Part shown: piece by piece, positions 24,034 through 37,977 of the stretch
How positions within the stretch are numbered: position 1 is the stretch's first letter
Layout of the letters: each line of letters starts with the position of its first letter
NCBI GenBank assembly: GCA_043228905.1
Contig: JBHGNT010000006.1
Coordinates: 19,034,001-19,098,000, forward strand
DNA: 64,000 bases
Source of the DNA: Azolla caroliniana
Taxonomy: Eukaryota > Plantae > Polypodiophyta
Reading direction: 5' to 3'
Notes under the pieces: model-generated
What the model was told of the DNA's origin: nothing
Database searches by the model: none
What the model saw: only the letters and a program-made list of their open reading frames with translations
Translations under genes and position numbers: made by a program

Positions 24034-25545
24034 TCACATCAGATTTGAACTACCCCTTGTTGCCACCTTCCGTCTCTTGGGTCTTCTATTGGTGTGGAAA
24101 GTCTCTAGAACCAGTGTGGGGAAAGTCTTGTCACTGCCATCATTCACCATCGACTCCTCCATATCTATCTTCGCCTTGATGTTGTGCACACCATCTTGGT
24201 CCTTCCCCTTACTACCACCTTCCATCTCTAGGGTCTCATGTTGGCTTTCTACAACTGCCCAAGTCTCCGGAACTTGTGTGAAGGAATCCTCGACGCAACC
24301 ATCTGCCATTAATTCTTCCATAACCACCTCTGACTCGATGTCATTTTTCGTGGCTATGTCTTCAATCTCATGGGCCTCATACCCATTGACCCTCTTGATC
24401 GAGCAAGCTTCGATTATGCTTCTCTCTTCGTCGCATGTATTCGTTTCGACCTTCAGCTCCTTGCCGACACCTTCCGTCTCTTGGGTCTCATGTTGGTTCT
24501 TGGACGCAAATGCCCAAGTCTCTAGAGCATGTGTGGAGAAAATCCGGCCATGGTCATTGTCAACGCTTGTTCTCTCATTCATAGTCACCTCCTTGATGTC
24601 GTCTTTAGTAGCTAGATCCTCAATTACGCTACCCTCGCACTCTTTATCTCCATTGACGCAAACTTCGATTAGGCTTGCTCCTTCATCATCTGATGTTTCG
24701 AACACGATGCGTGTTCCGAAACATTCATCCTCCCTCGAAGTGGCCTTCTCCGTCCTTGAGTCATCATCAATCTTCTTTTCATGTAGGTTGCTTTGTTTAG
24801 GCAGCTCAACTTCTTTAGATGGTCTTGTTTTTTCTACGTTTGACCTTACCAAGTCAATATCTTCAAGCCATTGATGATGCCTATCGATCTTGTTGTACAC
24901 TCTCTTCACCGCAGCCCAGTCTGCCACAAGCCCATTCACTTGGGTATCATCTTCGAGGAGAGATCCCAATTCTCTTCTATCCTTCATATCCACAGCTTTC
25001 AGGAAGTACAAAGTCTTGTCCTCCTCAAGCAACACTTGGTCTGTGGCAAGGAGATGACTAAACATCTGGTCGAACTCGTCGATTACCCTCGAAGCGCTCA
25101 TATTCGTATTTCTCTTCTCTATCCACTTCATCAAGACATGTCGAGTCATCCTCGACAAATCTTCTGTCGTGAACTCCGCTAATATCGCTTTCTCGAATTC
25201 GAACCATGTTGTCTTCCTTTCTTGAAGCTCAATGACCCGCCTTTGGACGTTGTTGGTGGCAACTCACTTGAAACTCGAGATTTGACGTGCTTCAGACACG
25301 TCCCCTTGATTCATCTCCCTTTTGTATACATCCACAAACATTATAATGTTCCTTCCGCCAAATTGACCCTCGAGCTCCACCACACAGTCGACGGTCTTCT
25401 CCACACTCGCATCGTTGTCTCAAGATCTCATCATTTGTTCGACGATTAGCATCATCTTTTCGAATTCTCCCGCTTCATTGCTTGGGGAAGCCATCTCCAA
25501 GTATCGGTCGATCCTCGACTTGATCCTTCCTACCGCCTCTTTCAT
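24034..25545 (-). pseudogene. Gag-like ORF with an acidic repetitive tail, interrupted upstream of 25158
   Basis: Located directly after the PBS; helical N-terminal part, then repeated ETWA...ETQETE modules; no pol motifs. Confidence 0.55.
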
Positions 25546-25558
25546 GCCGGGTTCACCA
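25543..25558 (-). promoter_or_regulatory. PBS complementary to tRNA-Trp
   Basis: TGGTGAACCCGGCATG vs TGGTGAACCCGACGTG expected from the plant tRNA-Trp 3' end (recalled, not searched); 8 nt from the LTR. Confidence 0.75.
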
Positions 25559-25566
25559 CTTAATTA

Positions 25567-26786
25567 TGTCGTGAAGATTTGTCACTACGTGTGGATCGTG
25601 AGGCGGAACCGCCGGGGTCCTGGACCGGAAGGATTTGAAGTTTGCACTAGCTTTAGCGAGAAAGGATTTAGGATAGATTGAGAGAGAGAGATTAATATTG
25701 ACCTCTTGATTTTAGATTTGAAGAACAAGATATATCATCAATTGGATAACGAATTTTTTTCTTATTAAATTCTTTTTTTTTCCAAAAAAGAATATCCTTC
25801 CATTAGATAAGAAAACCAAGTTTGCTACAACATACAAAGTATGTGGAAAGAAAGCCAAGATACTTTCTACAGCCCCCTTCTTATTAAATTCTTCATTAAT
25901 ACATCGCTCCTTTTGATCTTTCTCATCCACTCTTTTATAGATGCCCCCATGCATATGATGATACATGTGAGGGTACAAGACATGCATACCATGCATGTGA
26001 TGCATGATAACCATGTTACTCATTCAAGCTCTAATATGACAATTTACATGTGAAAATATAATGATAGAAAAAACATTTCTAGAGAAATCACTTGGCTTAG
26101 TGGTAATTTTATTGCCTCCTATCTTGGAGGTGTAGGGTTCAAGCCTTGCTTACATCCCTTTGCATACAAATTCTTACTAGGGTTTTTAGTCTAGATGATT
26201 TTGTTCGTTTCACACCGAAATCGTCGCGATCAACCTATCCGATCGATCCGTTATCCGGTCCGCATCCAACCCGATGATCCGGTCTAACCGGTCCGGTCCA
26301 GTGCCGGTCCCGATTCGGTCGTCGTCCCCATCCGGTGCCAGTCCCGGTTCGGTCGTCGTCCCCGTCCGGTTCCGGTTCCATCATCGTCCGTCCGGTCCGC
26401 TCCTCAAAAACCATTACGAGTAGTTAAGTCACAGTTTAGCCCAAGAACATTCTGTGCTCCACACATAGAAAAAAATTGGTAAGTTCTGGCTCTGCTTATA
26501 TAATATGCGATCCTGATTTTTCCTATCGATGTGGGATATCTCATAGTTTTGTTTTTCTCTTCTTCTTCTTAAACTTCACATTCACATAACTTGACATTTA
26601 GTTGTCCGTTTCAAATGTAGTAAAGCACATTCGAAAGTTCTTGAAGACATCCATCTTTTTATACCAAGATATTAAACAAATCTAAGATAATATCTTTATT
26701 ATTATTGTTTCATATCGTGTGAAGAACCACACCTGATTTTGTATGTTCCTCGCAATTTCACACCATTGCCGAAAATCTTCACGACA
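25567..26786 (-). repeat. Full shared LTR (1220 bp) with 14-bp terminal inverted repeats
   Basis: TGTCGTGAAGATTT...AAATCTTCACGACA; TATAAAAG on the minus strand near 25932-25939. Confidence 0.85.
26086..26160 (+). promoter_or_regulatory. tRNA-like A/B-box cassette, antisense within the LTR
   Basis: TGGCTTAGTGGTAA (26093)...CCTCC-TATCTT-GGAGG...GGTTCAAGCC (26136-26145). Confidence 0.65.
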
Positions 26787-27232
26787 TCCACCCCCACCAA
26801 ACCGCACGTCCTCTGGTACGTGCCAAGAAGAGGGAGTGTGAGATTTTGGATATGGTGATCAATACGATTCCTCCATTCTAAGCATGTCCATTTCTTTCAC
26901 TCGAATCATTGTCGCCACCCAATCCACCATATCATTCGCTTTTTCTTTGATTTACCATGACCAATTGTCATGGCCCCTTGTTCTCCTTCCGAACATAACT
27001 ATTTAGGCTTTATGCATGTTCCACCGTTGTCCCGATCGTCGACTTGCTCAATGCACTTTGACCCATCGCACATTTTTGTATTGTGTCTTTCTCCCCAAGC
27101 CTTTATCTGAATAATGACATTGACTACCCCATGTAGTATCTTCAAGTGCATGCCCACTTTGAGATCCTTACACGACCATGGTCTATATTTCTCACTTTGT
27201 CCAGTTTCATGATACAATCTCAAGTTAGAGTT

Positions 27233-30200
27233 TGTTGAGCAAGCAAGCTCAACCGGATCCAGATCGGCTGAATAAGCCTGAGCCGGATCGGTATCCGGAT
27301 GGTATTCGGAAACAACCGGCCGTATCGTGGAACCGGATCGGAGAGTCTTATTTGAGCAGGAACCGGAAGCCTAGTGGTAGCCTAGACTACTAGGTAATCA
27401 TTGTCTCGTATTTAGTGTCAGTTTCACGTGTGAGCATTGAAGTACATGTCAATACTTCTGTCAGTCCTTTACGGACTTGTATAAATAGTGTTGTTTAGCA
27501 CGTTATGTACACAAAGTTTTAGAGTTAATTTTTTAATATAGTTTTATGTTCTGCTCTCTTTGTCTCCTCTATGTTTTTAAGCTTTTCCATTAAACCTTCA
27601 TCTCATTTTCTGTTGCTAGCCGGCTGAGCCGGTTCTGTCTAACGCTTCCACACATTAACGTTTACATGGTATCAGAGCGCGAGGGTTGAGAACCTCTGCA
27701 GCCGCCGCTTGCTTTCGTAGACAAACCCTTGAACTCGGCATCAACAGACAGAGAGAAGATATGGACAGAGGAATGGCGAGTTCACTTCCAACAAAGAAGT
27801 TCGACCGGAGGAACTACGCGTCTTGATCATATAAAATGCACCAATACCTGTTGGGACATGGATATTGGAGCTTTGTGGAAGGAACAAATGAAGTAACACC
27901 GGAGCTGTCACACAAAGACTTCCCGGTATGGGAGCAAGGAGCGAGCCGAGTATTGTACTGCCTCGCATCTTGTGTGCACGATTAGATGCTCGGCTACATC
28001 AAGAGGAAATCTTAGGAAGATTTTCGCCGCGAGTACCACAGCTTGTAAGTTGCAGCTCTAGCAAGAGCTGAACAACATCCGGCAAAGAGACATGTCGGTT
28101 ACGGACTACACCACCAAGATAAAGGAGATTTGCAACGCACTCGGGTCCATCAAGGGGATGGTGGAAGAAGACGAGATTGTACAAATCTGCCTCAGTGGTC
28201 TAGCGCAAAGGTACGGGCCAATCCGAACAGCGATCTGCACCCGGGAGAAACCACCGTTCTTCTTCAACTTGCAATCGATGCTAATGGTTGAAGAAAACCA
28301 CGCGAGTGGGTCAAGGACCACTCAATCAGACAGTCAAATGTTGTACACGGAGACGGATCAGCCCCATGGACGTGGTAGACGAGGTGGGTCGGCACGCAAT
28401 GGAGGCGGCCGACAAGAGCAGGACCAGAGGTACAGAGGAGGTGCCGACAGTAGTTCCGAACCCTCCACAAGCAGGGGGAGTCAAAGCAGCGCCGGGAACC
28501 GGCAAGGAAGGCCAACACGGAATGCTGGTACTGTGGCAAAATGGGCCACAGGGAAAGCGAGTGTTGGAAGAAGCACGCCGATTCGGACAAATCCGGACTG
28601 GAGAACCGGCAAAGCTCGCACTACGCGAAAGGATCGAAAGGATCCGGAACCGGGAAAACCGATAAAGGGCCAGCCTGCGTGATGAAGCACAAGGCTAACT
28701 CGATGAAGAAGACTACGTCTAGATCGGAGGAAGTATGGTACGTTGATTCCGGAGTGTCCAACCACATGACGAGCCATGAAGAGTGGTTCTCCTTTTTGGA
28801 GAAACCGGAACAACCTGGGATTGTCGAAACCGGAGACGACACCCCTCACCCGATTGTGCATGTCAAAGAAGTCCCTTTAAGCCATGTCGGACAAAAGGGG
28901 AAGTTGATGAACGTACTACACATTCCAACTATCACAAAGAACCTGGTGTCAGTTGGGCAAATCGTCGACCAGGGGATGCAAGTGTGGTTTACACACCTAG
29001 GGTGCTTCATCCAGGAAGAGGGCCGGATAATTGCGCAAGGGTGTAGAGACGGGAGAATGTTCATCCTCAACACTAATGATGTCGGCACCGCTATGTTTGC
29101 GAAAGGGCAAAAGGTCAAATCGGACATCGACCTGTGGCACAAGAGGATCGGTCACGTCAATTATCGAAGGCTTCAAGACCTGCAATCGAAACAAGTCGTT
29201 TTCGGTTTACCGAATATAGCGGGTAGAAGGCTGAAATTTGTGAAGCCTGCCAACTCGGGAAGCAACACCAGCTTCCATTCCCCACCGATCGAAACCGGAG
29301 CCATAACAAGCTCGATTTAATCCATTTGGATCTATGGGAACCGGCACAAAACGTTAGTCTTGGCAAGAGTCGATATTTCGTCTCCGTCATCGACGACTAC
29401 AACCAGCACACGTGGATCTACCTCATCGAGAGGAACCTTCAAAGCTTGCTTGAATGGGAAACGGAGAGGAAGATCAAGTGCCTACGGTCGGATGGCGGGA
29501 AAGAATAATTCTCCGGCCAATTCAACAGTTATCTGCAGCATAACGAAATTCAGAGAGAATTCAGCTCCAGGTACATACCAGAGCAAAACGGTGTGGCCGA
29601 AAGGAAGAATCGATCGATTGTCGACGCGGCAAGGACAATGCTGGAGGAGAAGAGCATGCCCTATTTCTACTGGGCCGAGCGGTCCGGACGATCGTCTACA
29701 TCCAAAACTGGATCGGTGACAAGGTGTCAGCACATGAGTTGTATTTCGGGCGAAAGCCGAATTGGAGACACCTTCGGATATTCGGTAGCATAGCATATGT
29801 GCATGTACCAGATGAGAAGCGGAGGAAGCTGGATCCGAAGTCAGAGAAGTGCATTCTAGTCGGTTACTCGCATGAGCAAAAGGGGTATAAGTGTTATAAC
29901 CCCCGGATTAATCAAGTTCAAGTAAGCCGAGATGTCGAGTTTGATGAGACGGCATCATGGTACTCCTTACCAACTCCAACTCCCGACAAAGACCCATTTC
30001 CGGAAGATGAGGCTAGTGAGCCCGAGGAGGTCCAGGTAGAAGATGAAGACTTTGACACTCTAGAAGAGAGTCTGATCTCATTCCGGCTAAGTGGACCGAA
30101 TGAGCGGGTGAGTCGGGATGACCAGTCTTATGAGGAACCGGCGAGTAGTAGAGACTCTTCCGTGCTCTCCCCGCGCAAGGAACCGAGGAGACGGTTCACT

Positions 30201-32075
30201 CGCAAAGAGAAGGGGAAGAAGAAGATGCCGGAATACGAAACCGGCAACGTTGAGTCGGATCGGAGTGAATCTGACTCTTGAAAGGAATCCGGTCAGTGTG
30301 ATCAGCCAATTCATGCAAAAGCCATCCGTGCAACACCTTCAGTGCACGCATCGACAATTGCAGTATGTGAGCGGCACAAAGGACCGGGGATTATTATACC
30401 GGCCTAGTATAACCGAAGAGCTAGTCGGATATACAGATGCCGACTGGGCCGGTGATGCATCGGATCGCCGATCCACCTCTTATTACATGTTTTCTCTGGG
30501 TAGCGCGGATGTTGCATGGAGCAGCAAAAAGCAGCCAACCTGGCTCTGTCGGCCACTGAGGCTGAATACCGGGGTGATAGCAATGCCACCTATAAAGCCA
30601 TCTGGCTTCGGCGACTGCTGCAAGATCTGCGGGTTCAGGTCCCGACCCCGATCCTGCTCTATTGTGACAACATGAGCAACATTCAGCTCGCCAAGAACCC
30701 CGTGTTCCATGCTCGGACAAAGCACATAGAAGTCCACTATCACTTTGTGCGTGAGCGGGTTTTGAGCGGTGAAGTAGAACTTTGGTATGTTCAGATGGAT
30801 CGGCAAATTGCCGATATCTTCACCAAACCTCTCAGATCGGACAAGTTGCAGCACTTCACCAAAATGCTTGGTGTTCAGCATCTCGACGTGTCGCACTTGA
30901 GGGGGAGAAAAGGGAAGGGAAGGGATGGCACAAGACAAGGAGCCAGAGAGGAAGAAAGAACCAACAAAGGGGGAGACAAGAGGAAAAAGGAAGCCAAGCC
31001 TACCAAAGGATTCGACACATCTGAAAAGGTCGGAACAAGTGGCAACAGCGACAGAGTCAAGGAGAACAAAGCCGACCGGAAGAAAACGGCCAAGACCCGA
31101 ATGTGGTCTGGTGTGGTGAAGGGCCTGAAACCGGAAGACGAGTTGGGGAACACCGACTCGGACAAGGCCAAGCAGACACGGACGCAGCAGAAGTCGACGC
31201 CAACACAAAGGAACTGACGAGTCAACAAGCGCCGAAGTCACAGCAGCGAGGGAGCTTAAATGGGCATGTTGAGCAAACAAGCCAACCGAGGAGGTTGAGG
31301 TGCGCAGAACCAGAAGACTCGCGGCAAACAAGACCAGAGCGGACGAGGAACGCGAGCGAGGCGGAGCAATGCCAAAAGGAGCCGACCGAGTAGAAGAATC
31401 GGCTGCTGCAAACACGAACACCACGATCCGACCTCAAGTTGAGCTTGAGGGGGAGTGTTGAGCAAGCAAGCTCAACTGGATCCAAATCGGCTGAATAAGC
31501 CTGAGCCGGATCGGTATCCAGAAGGATGAGCCAGATCGGTATCCATATGGTATCCGGAAACAACCGGCTGGATCGGAGAGCCGGATTCGAGCGGGAACCG
31601 CCGACCTCAAGTTGAGCTTGAGGAGGAGTGTTGAGCAAGCAAGCTCAACCGGATCCGGATCAGTTGAATAAGCTTGAGCCGGATCGATATCCGGAAGGAT
31701 GAGTCGAATCAGTATCCGGATGGTATCCGGAAACAACCAGCCGGATCGGAGAGCCGGATTCGAGCGGGAACCGAAAGCCTAGTGGTAGCCTAGACTACTA
31801 GGTAATCATTGTCTCGTAGTTAGTGTCAGTCACACGTGTGAGCATTGAAGTACCTATTAGTACTTCTGTCAGTCCTTTATGGACTTGTATAAATAGTGTA
31901 ACTCTTTAGCACGTTATATACACGAATTTTAGAGTTAATTTTTTAATATAGTTTTATGTTTTGCTCTCTCTGTCTCCTTTGTGTTTTTAAGCTTTTCCAT
32001 TAAACCTTCATCTCATTTTCTGTTGCTATCCGGCTGAGCCGGTTCTGTTTGACGCTTCCGCACATTAACATTACA
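27233..32075 (+). mobile_element. Ty1/copia element F (E family), RT deleted, with a duplicated PPT/LTR start
   Basis: TSD GAGTT (27228-27232, 32076-32080); 5' LTR 27233-27666; PBS 27667-27678; 3' LTR 31629-32075; jumps from the INT linker to VISQFMQKP near 30285. Confidence 0.92.
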
Positions 32076-32661
32076 GAGTTGAAAATCTTCACACTATTAT
32101 CTTTGCTAGATGTTTTGATCACATTCTTCGGATCATGATGGCTCGCTTCGCCATCGTCATCCATTGTCATACTTTGCTCAGACTCTTTGTTGTACGCATC
32201 AGCTTTTGTGTCTATGCTTTGCTTGACCTCTTCCTCCCACACATCAGCTTCAACCCTTGCTTCGTTGTCGTCATCAACTCCACACATAGACAAAAAGTGG
32301 TAAGTTCTTGCTCTGCTTATATAATGTGTGATCCTGATTTTTCCTATCTATATGAGATATCTCATAGTTTTGTTTTTCTCTTCTTCTTCTCAAACTTCAC
32401 ATTCACATAACTTGACATTTAGTTGTCCGTTTCAAATGTAGTAAAGTACATTCGAAAGCTCTTGAAGACATCCATCTTTTCGTACCAAGATATTAAACTA
32501 ATCTAAAATAGTATCTTTACTATTATTGTTTCATATCGTGTGTGAAGAACCACACTCGATTTTGTATGTTCCTCGCAATTTTCACACCATTGCCGAAAAT
32601 CTTTACGACAACATCAAGGATTTATTCCGAGAGTTGCACACAATGATACAATACATATTGA

Positions 32662-32663
<2 letters not shown>

Positions 32664-32720
<57 letters not shown>
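32664..32720. repeat. (AT)n microsatellite
   Basis: Direct reading. Confidence 0.95.
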
Positions 32721-32721
<1 letters not shown>

Positions 32722-35471
32722 CATGTGTGTAAAAGTGTCTATGCATATGCATGCATTGCACATGCATATGTCTCTAGCTTCATGTAATTAGTTATATGCT
32801 TTTAAGAAGTTAAGTAATGCCTAATAAGGCTTTGCCTCAATTAGAGTTCAAGGGGTTGCCCAATCAAATCATATAAAAAAACCTAATAAATGTTCCTTTT
32901 AGGAGCTTCTTTTCATGATTAATTGTTTTTAAAAACATAGAAATATCCCATAGCACAAAAAGATAAAAACGTTTGTGGTTTTGATATGCCAATGGCCATA
33001 TTACATTCTATTGATTCATTTTGAAATCACAAATAGTGAGAGAATATGAAATTCTCTAAACTCGTAAAGAGGTGAAGGAGATAAAAGAACTTACAAAGAA
33101 ATTGTGGACACTTGGCTATAGATGTTTGTGGCAGAAGAAGAAGTTGTTCCCGACTTTACATATTGTTTGTTGCTTGTTTTTAATGTAATGATAAGGTATA
33201 TTGTGATTGGGATCTAAATCCAATTTGGTTATGAAATATCATTCCATTGAGGAGGATTATGTTTTCCTAGTTAAAAAAATTGTGCACGTGTGTAGCAAAT
33301 CAACAACCACAACACCAATGTGTGTCATTCATTTTCTAATATGATATCATTTGTTCTTCATGCTAGAAAAGAAAAACATCAAACCCTATATAAGAATTAA
33401 TAACTATGAGGCGAGAGATTTTGTCAAGACTTGCAAACCCCGACTCATGATTATTATTTGTTGTTCAAACCTCTTTGTTAGCAATATGGAAAGGTTGATT
33501 GATTGATTGATTCTATCATATGCAAAGACGGAAAAACCAAGTATTGTTTTTTTCACACTCACTACTAGTAGTCAATTGCTTTCATACAAAATCTTTGACT
33601 AGGATTAGCTTGACAAGGGAAGGCCAAATTTTTCTTTTCTCTTTCATGGGTTTTCTTGACAAGTATAGGCATCTTCAAATTTTGATGTTATTTATTATGC
33701 AAGTATTATATACTAATAAAGAAAGAATAAAGTATGGTATACAAAGATACAAAGAAATATGTTTGATTGATTGTCCAGGATCGTGATGTGGACCACCTTC
33801 ATTTTTCAGATCAATTCTTCACAATCTCATCTTTACTCACACAAATATAGTGATTGAATCAATGGATATCATGAACTTAATGAGGAAAAGACTACACAGC
33901 CCAATGTATTGTAACTTGTCCGCTCTATCACTAATCAATCCAATAGTAACCAAAAAGTGGACATGATTGATGGTCAAAGATGATTTACTTACCTTCAAGG
34001 TGGTCTTTAATTAACGACGACCCAGGGTGTCCACAAATTCATGATTGATAGTTAAGACAATGTAACTCTCGAGACGATTGCTAATAATAATAGCAGCTTG
34101 AAAAAGAACATTGTATGGTTGTAATATTTAATAATCATCCATATAATTGCTTCCTCATATACCAAAAGTTTATGGCAATCATACATGTATACCTCATGTG
34201 CTTAATCATCATCCATCATATCTAGGAGTTTCAATGAAATCATATGAAATCATATGAAATCTCTAGTGGCAACGAAAAGAAACAATGAATCCTAAGGCTA
34301 ATTCTTCGAGGTGCACAATGCACATTATCACCATGGTGGTCAAGAGGAAGAGGTACTCATCTCTCGTCTAGAGCAATGCAATTCAATCCACAACCTCCAA
34401 TTGGATGAGTAAAGGCTTATTATTATCTCGGATTCAGATTTCGCTAAAATGTCATTGTATAGAAAAGGATCACAGCATGACTTGTTGGTACACAGAAATT
34501 TCAGTAACGAGGCGAAGGCAACTTGGTTTAGAAATATCATGATGATACTCAATACAATGAAATGAGCTAAGAACTTATTTTCCTTTCCAATCACCAAAAG
34601 TATTTTACTAGCATTATGGAATAGCAAAACCATTGGTAAAAGGAATCTTGTTCTTTGTCTATATTTATCTGTGTTATTGTGTATCTTTTTTGCTTTTTTC
34701 TTACACTTTTTCTACCTACACAATGGTGTTAAGCATTCACTACATAGGTTGATCTCCTTTTCATGATAGAGATTTTCCTAGCAATAGTGATAAGATATCT
34801 AACTGTGGAAAGTAGACAATTTCCTCTCGACTATAAAGGTTTTTAATGCACTCTTAACATGTGCATTATTCTGTCAATGGCAATTATATAATGTCAGATG
34901 TTATGATAAAAGCAACTATGGTGGTTGCCCTTTAAAGTTTAGAAGGGCAAATCAAATAGAATACAATTGTTTATTTAGAAATTCACACCACTTCATGGCT
35001 TTTCGTCAATGACAATCCGCATTTTCTTGAGCATAAAGAATGTTAGCTCCGAGACGAACAATTGGAAGCTCATTCAAACCTTCTCATTACTTGAGTATGC
35101 ATAAGTTTGGGTTTAATTGAATGTGTTTAGTTTTAAAGATGGTTGGGCATGAGGCCTAGAAACCCACACATGTACCACATATGTATGTATTAACTACATA
35201 CATCATGGAATCCACAACAAAACATGACCTTACAAAGCATATGAAGGCAAATATATATAACATTATATCCACACTTCAATTAAATTTCTGTGCCTTGATG
35301 TACATCTACTCAATGGCAACATCAAATCTTTTGCTCCCCAACATTAACTTCCATTTCAAGGGCATTTGCAATTTATTTTCAACATCCATCAATTGTTATT
35401 TTGATCCATTTTTAATAGCAATGCTAATGAGGTATTCATATGGATGCAACTAAGCAAGTAACATGCAAATC

Positions 35472-35571
35472 NNNNNNNNNNNNNNNNNNNNNNNNNNNNN
35501 NNNNNNNNNNNNNNNNNNNNNNNNNNNNNNNNNNNNNNNNNNNNNNNNNNNNNNNNNNNNNNNNNNNNNNN
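35472..35571. other. Assembly gap (100 N)
   Basis: Run of N; contiguity across it is not guaranteed. Confidence 1.
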
Positions 35572-36195
<624 letters not shown>

Positions 36196-37900
36196 CCGCC
36201 GTCGACAATGCATCCCGCAATTTCTTGCCCTTGCAGCACCATCTTGATGGCTGGGTTATGGTGATCTACCACCGTTGGGCCGGTGCTCGATTTTGTATAA
36301 TTGGTCGAGATCTCTAGGCCATCTGTGCCCCGCATCCGATTTTCCACGGTCTGTCAAAATTGAGGGACGAGTCATAGTAATTTATACATGCTCAATGTGA
36401 TTTTGCACTTAGCTAGTGCTTGCCATATCGGGTCTAGCGTTAGAGCTGAGCCTTCCTTGTGTGTGACAGTGGGGCAGGGACTCTTGCCACATGTGTTCCA
36501 CATTGTCTTCATTCGCCTTCTCTACCCAGGCCCATGCAACTTTGTGGATCTCATCTTGCTCCACCCAGTTCGTGTTTTTCGCCTTACTGCATGTTGTGAC
36601 CTGTTGGACATCTGTTGTGATCGTATTCACTATTGGCCCTTTCCCTTTATCGCGTTGTGGGCACTGCGTTGCGTAATGTCCTAGCTATTGACAAACAAAA
36701 TAGTGCACGTTGGACTCACCTTTTTCTATGACCGGGGCTGCGATGGTCTCCATAGGTGTTGTTTGTTCTTCTCGGGTTCGCTAAAACCGCCTGTTGTTGC
36801 AGGGCTTTGGACAATACTCTCAACGCCTATCCTGGCGTCATTCCTCTTCCGACCTTTCCTCGTGATTACGTTGGTTCCGCAATTGGCGGTTGCCCCCATA
36901 TGTATAAGGCTCCACCTGTCCGCCGCAATTGTTGGTGGTACGCCGGTTATCATAGCAGCGCCCTCCCCAAGGATTGTAGCAGTCATTGCTCAAATACACC
37001 TCTTCTTCTTGTTGCTCTTTGTTGGAATAAGGGTCATCGTTGTGACGGTGGGGGTGCAGCCTTCTCCTATGTTGATTCCTCTCCATGTTATGGTACCGCT
37101 CCTCCTGCCCGTCTTGGTCGTTATGGCGGTAGTGTCTCGGCGGTTCTATATGGCAAACTAACAGTGTTGGCCTATTTAACATGTTATATTCGCACTTGTC
37201 CACCGTGTGTGCCTAGTAGTGACAAATGGGACAATGTATCCACATATTACACTCTACCGCAGAGTGACTTGAGTTCAAGCAGATCGTGCATTGAATGGCC
37301 TTGCGAAAACGGTATTTCCCTGGGTAGTGCCTGTCATAGTGATGCCATAAACAAGCCCTCATTCTCCTCTTCTAGCTCAAGCTGCAACGCCCATTCTATG
37401 ACAGTATTTGGCCCGTGATTTTGCGTATTTAACATTGTTCGGAGGGGTCGACGTAATGTCGCCAAAAATGTTTCTTTTGCCTCGTCCTCTGTTGGGGCGC
37501 AAGACAGCTGTCATTGTAAACTCTCGAACCGCAAGCTGATGTCAGCCACGAATTCTTGCGATAGCTGTTTGATCGCAAAAAACTACCCGATGATCTCATG
37601 TTGGGGAATGCTTCGATGAAAGAAGCGCAAAAATGAGGATTAAAGCTTGTCAAAGGATACGAACGTCGTGATGTCGAGCTCGGAGTGCCAACGGGCACCT
37701 CGCTCATCCAAGGTTAACCCGAACTCGGCGATTTTTGATGCGTGCGCTTCCGCTTCCAGAAGTCGCTGCAACATATGATTCGCATTCCACACATTGAGGA
37801 ATGACCGAACGTGTCCCTCAGCGTCAGTATCTCTGCTACAGCGAGGGTATGAGAAAGCCATTACGGTCGATAGACTAGCACCTGAGGAAGTATTGTCGGC
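36196..37900 (-). pseudogene. gag: Decayed gag-protease of a Gypsy related to element H
   Basis: TDAEGHVRSFL...SKIAEF, VQQVTT.SK and QGQEIAGCIVDGG align by eye with ORF 52278-56255. Confidence 0.85.
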
Positions 37901-37977
37901 ACGAGGTGGGGTTGTTTGGGAATTGGTAGTTTGACTATACTAGTCTAGTGGAGATAATACCTCCTACCCAGTGACAT

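Larger units (their letters stand above)
23021..32610 (-). mobile_element. Tandem non-autonomous LTR element (partial LTR-internal-full LTR-deleted internal-partial LTR), tRNA-Trp primed
   Basis: LTR ends ...AAATCTT(C/T)ACGACA at 23161, 26786 and 32610; PPT GGTGGGGGTGGA at 23162-23173 and 26787-26798; PBS at 25543-25558; internal sequence repeated (23162-23770 vs 26787-27232 plus 32081-32275). Confidence 0.85.

Noticed and set aside
26086-26160. Functional tRNA genes at the A/B-box cassettes
   Set aside because: No convincing acceptor stem or canonical 7-nt anticodon loop; reported only as tRNA-like promoter cassettes.
34340-34633. Possible hAT transposase remnant
   Set aside because: Only a vague resemblance; no catalytic motifs or TIRs found.
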